From: Rhodothermales bacterium
Lineage (GTDB): Bacteria; Bacteroidota; Rhodothermia; Rhodothermales; VXPQ01
Length of the DNA stretch: 13,064 nucleotides
Direction of reading: 5' to 3'
Assembly: GCA_040904565.1 (NCBI GenBank)
Contig: JBBDTI010000058.1
Location: forward strand, 97,236-110,299
Shown here: positions 7,737 to 13,064 of the stretch, one piece after another
Layout: each line of letters starts with the position of its first letter
Position numbering within the stretch: the first letter of the stretch is position 1
The notes under the pieces: model-generated
Told to the model about the DNA's origin: nothing
Database searches by the model: none
The model's input: the letters and a program-made list of their open reading frames with translations, nothing else
Position numbers and translations under genes: made by a program

Positions 7737-9176
7737 ATGGATGCAATGCAACCCATGGCGCAACTCGAACACGACGACATTCAGGGTTTTATCGTACGCG
7801 GCTACGGCAGGCTGCCTGAGGCGTCCTATCTTCTGCTGCACGTCTCGGATACTGCCGGCGCTCGGGAGTGGCTCGGTGAGATGGTCGAGCTCGTCACGCC
7901 GAGTACGACCAAACCGCCTGATGCCGCGTATCACGTCGCCTTTACCTGCGAGGGGCTGCGTGCTCTGGGCGTGCACGAAGACGATCTGAATACGTTTTCT
8001 CTACCCTTTTTCGAGGGGATGGCGGCGCCTCGGCGCACGCGTATTCTCGGTGACATGCACGAGAGCGCTCCTTCGGAATGGCGATGGGGCGGTCCGGACA
8101 CCGACGCCGTCCACGTACTCGTTCTCCTGTTCGGCCGCGACGAGGAGGCGCTCGAGACGGCCTGTGCGAAAGTACGGAATGCCTACCGGGGCGTCACGGA
8201 GCTGGCCCGCCTCGATACGTATAGTTTCGAACCGATACGGGAGCACTTCAGTTTTCGCGACGGCATTGCCCAGCCGATTATCGAGGGACTCAGTCGCACC
8301 GGTCCACCCGAGAACACGCTGCCTCCCGGTGAATTCATTCTCGGCTACGAAAACGCGTACGACAAGCTGCCCGCGAGTCCGACCGTAGCCCCCGAGCGCG
8401 ATCCGGACGTACTTCTCCCGCGCGTCGACGCAGTGACCGATGGAGGGAATGCGTCCGTCGTGGGCGATTTCGGCCGCAACGGCTCCTACCTCGTTTTTCG
8501 GCAGATGAGTCAGGACGTCAAGGGGTTCTGGGACTTCATCAGTAGCATTGCGGAAGACATGTACGGCAGCAGTGACTCGATGACGCGCACGCGGATTGCG
8601 GCCAAGATGGTCGGGCGCTGGCCCAGCGGCGCCCCGCTGGTCATGTGCCCTCATGCCGATGACGAGGAGCATGCGGACAAGGACAACTTCGGCTACGCGG
8701 ACGATCCGCACGGCACGATGTGTCCGGTCGGCTCTCACATCCGACGAACGAATCCCCGTGACGCCCTCGAAGGGTCGGCCGAGGAATCCATCACCGTCTC
8801 CAACCGGCACCGCCTGCTGCGCCGCGGCCGGGCATACGGCGCGCCGATCTCCGACACGATCGATGTGGACGAGATTCTTGGGGCCGAGGAGGAGCATGAA
8901 GAATGCGGGCTGCATTTCATCTGCCTCAATGCTGATCTGAGCCGGCAGTTCGAGTTCGTGCAGCAGACCTGGGTCAACAATGCCAAGTTCGGTGGACTCT
9001 ACACCGATGCCGATCCGCTGTTGGGGAATCACGACGCCTCGGATACCACCTTTACGATGCAGCGTGAACCCGTACGAGAGCGCATTACGGGCATGAAGCG
9101 CTTTGTGGAGGTACGCGGCGGGGCCTACTTCTTCCTGCCTGGCTTACGCGCCCTTCGATATCTCGCCACGTTGTAA
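7737..9176 (+). CDS. DyP-type (dye-decolorizing) heme peroxidase, long cytoplasmic type
   Basis: 'DIQG' N-terminus, EHFSFRDGIAQP (distal Asp motif), NGSYLVFRQMSQDV, KMVGRWPSG, CPVGSHIRRTNPR (proximal His), LLRRGRAYG (distal Arg), GLHFICL..QFEFVQ..W and GGAYFFLPG. The start could be 7737, 7746 or 7755. Confidence 0.93.
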   Translation: MDAMQPMAQLEHDDIQGFIVRGYGRLPEASYLLLHVSDTAGAREWLGEMVELVTPSTTKPPDAAYHVAFTCEGLRALGVHEDDLNTFSLPFFEGMAAPRRTRILGDMHESAPSEWRWGGPDTDAVHVLVLLFGRDEEALETACAKVRNAYRGVTELARLDTYSFEPIREHFSFRDGIAQPIIEGLSRTGPPENTLPPGEFILGYENAYDKLPASPTVAPERDPDVLLPRVDAVTDGGNASVVGDFGRNGSYLVFRQMSQDVKGFWDFISSIAEDMYGSSDSMTRTRIAAKMVGRWPSGAPLVMCPHADDEEHADKDNFGYADDPHGTMCPVGSHIRRTNPRDALEGSAEESITVSNRHRLLRRGRAYGAPISDTIDVDEILGAEEEHEECGLHFICLNADLSRQFEFVQQTWVNNAKFGGLYTDADPLLGNHDASDTTFTMQREPVRERITGMKRFVEVRGGAYFFLPGLRALRYLATL

Positions 9177-9197
9177 ACACACTCTTTCGGACGGACC

Positions 9198-9812
9198 ATG
9201 AAGCTTCGCCAACTCGACCTGCGGACGGACATCCTGCCGTTCGTCATCGCGACGGCCGGCGAATTCGCCGCGCTCTTCTTCTGGCTCAAGTACCTGGACG
9301 AAGGACGTTTCATCTTCGCCAACCTCGTGCTCTGGGCCGGCTTCGCCGTGGAGCGTGCGGCCGTCTATCTCTGGATCCGGTTCATCTACCGGAAGAAGGA
9401 GGGACGCACGGAATCCCAGCCGCTTCTCGTTACACTGGCGGGTCTGTTTTTCATCACCCTGTCAGAGATCCTGATCTGGATTCTCTGGCTCTCCATCGCC
9501 GGCGGCGACATCTCCTGGCTGGCGTCGAGTTTTACGGTGAACTTCACCCTGGCGGGCGTGATCTTAATGGGATTGATGCTCGTCGAGCACAGCGTCGAGA
9601 TGGCGGCGCTGCGACGTACGAAGCCGCTGGCGTACATTCGCAGCCCGAACACCATTCTCTTTACGTTCATGGAAGTGGCTGGGGCCATGGGCTGGCTCTA
9701 TTTTGTTCGCGCGGATCGCCCCGTCCTGGGGGCCGTTTGCCTGCTTGTGGGACTCTCGATCGAGCACGTCCTGCAAGGCAGCGAACTCCGTCCGGATGAG
9801 GTGCCGCTATAG
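9198..9812 (+). CDS. Uncharacterised 6-TM membrane protein with three internal helical-hairpin repeats
   Basis: 204 aa with six hydrophobic segments. TxxE-x6-WL and L-x5-[VI]E[RH] each occur three times. It starts 21 nt after the DyP stop, with a GGA-containing RBS-like sequence. Confidence 0.85.
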   Translation: MKLRQLDLRTDILPFVIATAGEFAALFFWLKYLDEGRFIFANLVLWAGFAVERAAVYLWIRFIYRKKEGRTESQPLLVTLAGLFFITLSEILIWILWLSIAGGDISWLASSFTVNFTLAGVILMGLMLVEHSVEMAALRRTKPLAYIRSPNTILFTFMEVAGAMGWLYFVRADRPVLGAVCLLVGLSIEHVLQGSELRPDEVPL

Positions 9813-9898
9813 GGAACGGCGCACTGCATCGTTACCGGCGCCTTCATTCCGACTCGAGGAACGGAGGATCACGAGCGAGGAGGAATGATGCGGAACGG

Positions 9899-10513
9899 TC
9901 AGTCGAGCGCAAACACGATCCCGAATTTTACGGGGATGAACTGCGTCGGATCGTCATCCGTAAAAATTACGTCATAGTTGATCTCAGCGAACAGGTTCAA
10001 TCCGTCCGCGACCGGAAATTGAGAGCCCACACCCACCAACAGTCCCGGCTTCGTCTCGGAATCCGTTTCGAATGGTGTGGTGATACCTCCTCCGGTGACC
10101 GTGCCTTCGCTGAAGCTGACGCGACGGATACCCCCCTGGGCGTGCACGTACGGAATGTTGGGTGATTCGATGCTGAACTGGTATCGCAGTCCGACAGAGG
10201 CGGAGAGAATGGACATGCCGCCGCCCTTGACCTGGACGTTCAGTCCACCGAGCCCGAGATCGTCCAGCAGGCGGCCCGCGTCAAGCGGCGTCATAGTAAA
10301 AGATACGTCCGCCTCCAATCCGTATTCGGAGGCAAGAACGCGTATACCGGAGAAGCCAACCATGAACCCCGTCGGATAATAGTCCGCCGCCTCTTCGGGC
10401 GCGATCGACCTGTTGAGCCCTCCGTAGGCCTGCAGGAGCGAAGAAGTCGTTTGGGCTCGCAGGGGGATGACGAGGAACGATACCGCGAGGACGGTCAGGA
10501 TGAGCGTTTTCAT
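9899..10513 (-). CDS. Outer-membrane beta-barrel protein (OmpA-TM/OMP_b-brl-like), ~204 aa
   Basis: Signal peptide MKTLILTVLAVSFLVIPLRA-Q from ATG 10513. Amphipathic strands include ASVGLRYQF, PYVHAQGG, GLLVGVGSQF and LFAEINY, with a terminal strand KFGIVFALD. The 89 codons upstream in the ORF track look non-coding. Confidence 0.85.
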   Translation of the reverse strand: MKTLILTVLAVSFLVIPLRAQTTSSLLQAYGGLNRSIAPEEAADYYPTGFMVGFSGIRVLASEYGLEADVSFTMTPLDAGRLLDDLGLGGLNVQVKGGGMSILSASVGLRYQFSIESPNIPYVHAQGGIRRVSFSEGTVTGGGITTPFETDSETKPGLLVGVGSQFPVADGLNLFAEINYDVIFTDDDPTQFIPVKFGIVFALD

Positions 10514-10670
10514 GGTGAGCGTGTTTCGCAAAGGGCGGTCCGGGTGATGGGGAGCGGGCCCTGCAAGGCGGCCCCCGGTCGTATACTCCAGAGGGGCGCG
10601 GCGGTTACAAGCCGGGTGAGACCCCGACATCCGTGTTTGCTCCAGATACCTGGAAAGGCGATATTTGCGC

Positions 10671-10802
10671 ATGGCGATTCCTGCACGAATCCGACCTTTT
10701 GCGGTACTGGCCGTGGCCGTACTCGTTATTTTCAACGGCAGTGCTCCGGTGTCGCCACCCATTGCGACCGATCCGTCCAAACGTTCCCGTCGATTCTACT
10801 GA
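10671..10802 (+). CDS. Possible 43-aa single-TM/signal-like small protein
   Basis: Manual translation: MAIPARIRPFAVLAVAVLVIFNGSAPVSPPIATDPSKRSRRFY*. The stop TGA overlaps the GAGG RBS of the next gene. RBS is weak (GGAAAGG at 10652-10658). Confidence 0.3.
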   Translation: MAIPARIRPFAVLAVAVLVIFNGSAPVSPPIATDPSKRSRRFY

Positions 10803-10810
10803 GGCCGATC

Positions 10811-12178
10811 ATGCACCGGACGATCATCACGTTTCTTCTGCTCATTCTGCTAGCGTCGGGATGCACCACGCCAGGCGATGATGACTCCGTACCGGATCGC
10901 CACGTCGTCGTTATCAGCATCGACGGATTTCCTGCCGAGGCGCTGTGGGACGAGCGGATTCCGCTGCCTACGCTCCGGGCTCTGGCAAACGACGGGGCCT
11001 GGGCGCGCGCGCTGAGTCCATCGACGCCTTCGGTCACGTGGCCCAACCACACGACGCTGGCGACGGGCGTGCATCCCGAGCGACACGGCGTCTTGATGAA
11101 CGGACGCTTCGTGCGATCCGGTCCGGGCGAGCCGGTGAGGAAGCAGAACGATCTCGATCGAGCGGAGATGACAGCGTACCCCAGCCTCTACGATGCGGCC
11201 TACGAGGCGGGGCTCGTGACGGCGGAGGTCAACTGGCCCGTCACACGCGGTGCGGAGACGCTGCATGCGAGCTTTCCGGATGCGCCAGGAGCCGTGGATC
11301 ATATGACGGAGAGCCTGCGGACAGAGCTGGTGGAACTCGGGATTCTTGCGGACGAGTCGGGCGAGTTGTTCGGGCGGATGAGCTACGCCGGTCGCGATCA
11401 CGTGTGGACCTCCGCGGCAGCGCACGTGATCCGCTCGCGTCGACCGAACGTGTTGCTCTTTCACCTCCTGAGTGTGGATGGGACGCATCACGCCTACGGT
11501 GCCGGATCGCAGCCCGCCTTTACGGCGCTCGCTTTCGCCGACGCGCAGGTCAGGTACGTGCTCGACGCGCTGGAAGAAGCCGGCATTCGGGACCGTGCGA
11601 CGATTTTCGTCGTGTCGGACCACGGCTTTATGAATGTGAGCCGGCGGATCTATCCCAACGTGTTGCTCCAGGAAGAAGGATTGCTCGAGGTGGATGCGGA
11701 CGGACAGCCGGTCTCCGCGCGCGTCCACGCGCTCTCGAACGGCGGCTCCGCGATGGTCTTCGCGACGGATCCCGCTACGAAGGACGAGGATCTCGATCGT
11801 GCCCGGCAGCTGTTCGAAGGGGCCGAGGGCATCGCGCGCGTGCTAACGCCCGACGAGTTCGAGGCCTTCGGACTGCCGGATCCCTCGGACAGCGACCAGG
11901 TGGGCGACCTCGTCCTCGGTGCGGCCCAGGGGTATTCCTTCAGTGAGGCCGCCACCGGAGACTACGTCCGCGAGCTCGACGGCCCGAGCGGCGTGCACGG
12001 TTATTTCAGCGATGTCGAGGAGATGGAGGCTCTCTTCATCGCCTCAGGAAGCGGCATCCGTTCGGGTATCGAGCTCGACATCGTCGACAACCGCTCCATC
12101 GCCGCTACGGCCGCCCGGCTTCTCGGCGTCCCGCTCGAGACGGCGGACGGACAGGTGCTGGAGGAAATTCTCGAGTAG
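10811..12178 (+). CDS. Ectonucleotide pyrophosphatase/phosphodiesterase (NPP, alkaline phosphatase superfamily) lipoprotein, ~455 aa
   Basis: ATG 10811 with GAGG upstream and lipobox LASG-C. Motifs: ISIDG, PSVTWPNHTTLATG (Thr nucleophile), DGTHH, SDHG and GVHGY. Confidence 0.92.
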   Translation: MHRTIITFLLLILLASGCTTPGDDDSVPDRHVVVISIDGFPAEALWDERIPLPTLRALANDGAWARALSPSTPSVTWPNHTTLATGVHPERHGVLMNGRFVRSGPGEPVRKQNDLDRAEMTAYPSLYDAAYEAGLVTAEVNWPVTRGAETLHASFPDAPGAVDHMTESLRTELVELGILADESGELFGRMSYAGRDHVWTSAAAHVIRSRRPNVLLFHLLSVDGTHHAYGAGSQPAFTALAFADAQVRYVLDALEEAGIRDRATIFVVSDHGFMNVSRRIYPNVLLQEEGLLEVDADGQPVSARVHALSNGGSAMVFATDPATKDEDLDRARQLFEGAEGIARVLTPDEFEAFGLPDPSDSDQVGDLVLGAAQGYSFSEAATGDYVRELDGPSGVHGYFSDVEEMEALFIASGSGIRSGIELDIVDNRSIAATAARLLGVPLETADGQVLEEILE

Positions 12179-12250
12179 GCATCCGGCTTCCGCCGCGCTT
12201 CCATTCCGGGGCGGGCCACCATTATCCCATCATCGATCAGGAGGTCCATC

Positions 12251-12811
12251 ATGGTAACTCTCTCGTCTCTACTTCTTCCAATCGTGCTCTCGGCCGTATT
12301 CGTCTTCGTCGCGAGCTCCGTCATCCACATGCTCCTACCGTATCACAAGAATGATTTCGCGAAGCTGCCAAACGAAGACGCTGTGCTGAGCACGCTGCGT
12401 TCGGCGGACGTGTCCCCGGGCGAGTACGTGCTTCCGCACGCCTCGGGCTCGGAAGAACGAAAATCGCCGGAGTTCCAGAAGAAACTGGACGCGGGAAAGG
12501 TGGCGTTTGTCACCGTGCTTCCGGGAGGGCAACCCTCCATGGGAAAGAGTCTCGGGCAGTGGTTCGTATACTGCCTCGTCGTCGCGCTTTTCGCCGCGTA
12601 CCTGACCGGGCGGGTCCTGCCGGCCGGTGCCGACTACCTGTCCGTCTTCCAGGTCGCGGGTACGACGGCCTTTGCGGGATTTGTCCTGGCCCTCTGGCAG
12701 GAATCTATCTGGTACGGCCGGCCGTGGGGCAACACGCTGAAGTCGACTGTCGACGGATTGATCTACGCCCTCCTGACAGCCGGGACGTTCGGCTGGCTCT
12801 GGCCGGCGTAG
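12251..12811 (+). CDS. Hypothetical integral membrane protein (~4 TM), 186 aa
   Basis: Strong AGGAGGT RBS at 12239-12245. N-terminal TM, a soluble loop (HKNDFAKLPNED..PGEYVLP), then three hydrophobic segments ending FGWLWPA. Confidence 0.85.
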   Translation: MVTLSSLLLPIVLSAVFVFVASSVIHMLLPYHKNDFAKLPNEDAVLSTLRSADVSPGEYVLPHASGSEERKSPEFQKKLDAGKVAFVTVLPGGQPSMGKSLGQWFVYCLVVALFAAYLTGRVLPAGADYLSVFQVAGTTAFAGFVLALWQESIWYGRPWGNTLKSTVDGLIYALLTAGTFGWLWPA

Positions 12812-12861
12812 CGGCGTCCGAACATCGCGGTGCACGTTTGTGCTGATAATACCTTCATGCT

Positions 12862-12912
12862 GAACGCACGCCTACGTCGAACGCACATCCACGCCGAATG
12901 CACGCCCTCGCC
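12862..12912. repeat. Three 17-bp tandem direct repeats (GAAYGCACRYCYWCGYC)
   Basis: gaacgcacgcctacgtc (12862), gaacgcacatccacgcc (12879) and gaatgcacgccctcgcc (12896), followed by a partial 'gaat'. Confidence 0.7.
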
Positions 12913-12916
12913 GAAT

Positions 12917-12941
12917 ACGCTTTCGTGCCGCACGAAAGCGT
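12917..12941. repeat. 25-bp perfect inverted repeat with 1-nt centre
   Basis: ACGCTTTCGTGC-C-GCACGAAAGCGT. Confidence 0.8.
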
Positions 12942-12964
12942 GGTAAAAACCAGCTATAAAACAG

Positions 12965-13001
12965 AAGCCCTGACCCCTTGATCGACAAGGGGTCAGGGCT
13001 T
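12965..13001 (-). terminator. Intrinsic terminator downstream of tmRNA, probably bidirectional
   Basis: Perfect 16-bp stem aagccctgaccccttg / caaggggtcagggctt with a 5-nt loop. The minus strand continues ...TTCTGTTTTAT and the plus strand continues ...CTTTAT. Confidence 0.85.
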
Positions 13002-13010
13002 TATACAAAG

Positions 13011-13064
13011 TGGAGATGGCGGGAATCGAACCCGCGTCCGAATGGACGCACTCACAAACCTCTA
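13011..13064 (-). ncRNA. ssrA: tmRNA 3' end (partial, runs off the window)
   Basis: The reverse complement reads TAGA...TTCGGAC-GCGGG-TTCGATT-CCCGC-CATCTCC-A. This gives a GAC before the T-arm, a T-arm, and an alanine-type acceptor 3' strand (U70 for G3-U70, discriminator A). No anticodon arm precedes it. Confidence 0.88.

Noticed and set aside
8001-9032. 343-aa antisense ORF inside the DyP gene
   Set aside because: Shadow frame of a confidently identified gene, with no domain features.
9120-9176. Encapsulin cargo-loading peptide on the DyP
   Set aside because: There is no C-terminal linker or GSLxIGSL-like motif, and no encapsulin gene in the window.
6255-9812. EfeUOB-type iron uptake operon
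   Set aside because: The DyP has no Tat signal, there is no EfeO/cupredoxin-like gene, and the membrane protein lacks REGLE motifs.
10514-10670. Possible riboswitch upstream of the beta-barrel gene
   Set aside because: The region is GC-rich with short potential stems, but I could not find conserved cobalamin, TPP, SAM or FMN motifs. An Rfam scan would settle it.
10451-10810. N-terminal extensions of the NPP (10451) and beta-barrel (10780) ORFs
   Set aside because: The two extensions overlap each other. Clear signal peptides begin at 10811 (+) and 10513 (-).
10945-11946. 333-aa alternative-frame ORF (and the 292-aa antisense ORF) within the NPP gene
   Set aside because: The Arg/Gly/Ala-rich composition is typical of off-frame translation of GC-rich DNA.
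12862-12941. CRISPR array
   Set aside because: The repeats are 17 bp, degenerate and directly adjacent with no spacers, and there are no cas genes.
13011-13064. tRNA gene
   Set aside because: No anticodon stem-loop precedes the T-arm. The GGAC-T-arm-CATCTCCA pattern fits tmRNA better.

Overview
GC-rich bacterial chromosomal window. The gene content (tandem FG-GAP/ASPIC-UnbV lipoproteins, an 8-strand-type outer-membrane barrel, lipoprotein NPP) suggests a diderm, possibly Rhodothermota/Bacteroidota-like; this is an inference. From left to right: two tandem FG-GAP/VCBS beta-propeller genes (the first 5'-truncated); a minus-strand GT4 glycosyltransferase preceded by a 120-aa signal-bearing ORF whose last codons can pair with the GT Shine-Dalgarno; a three-gene plus-strand module (membrane-anchored protein with a duplicated IHFARW domain, a DyP-type heme peroxidase, and a 6-TM protein built of three Glu/His-bearing helical-hairpin repeats); an outer-membrane beta-barrel gene; a possible 43-aa small ORF; an NPP/alkaline-phosphatase-superfamily lipoprotein; a 186-aa membrane protein; a 17-bp tandem repeat plus palindrome; a strong terminator; and the 3' end of tmRNA. 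No mobile-element genes or CRISPR array were seen. The best candidates for an undescribed system are the DyP-centred membrane module (6255-9812) and the putative leader-ORF translational switch (5697-6125).
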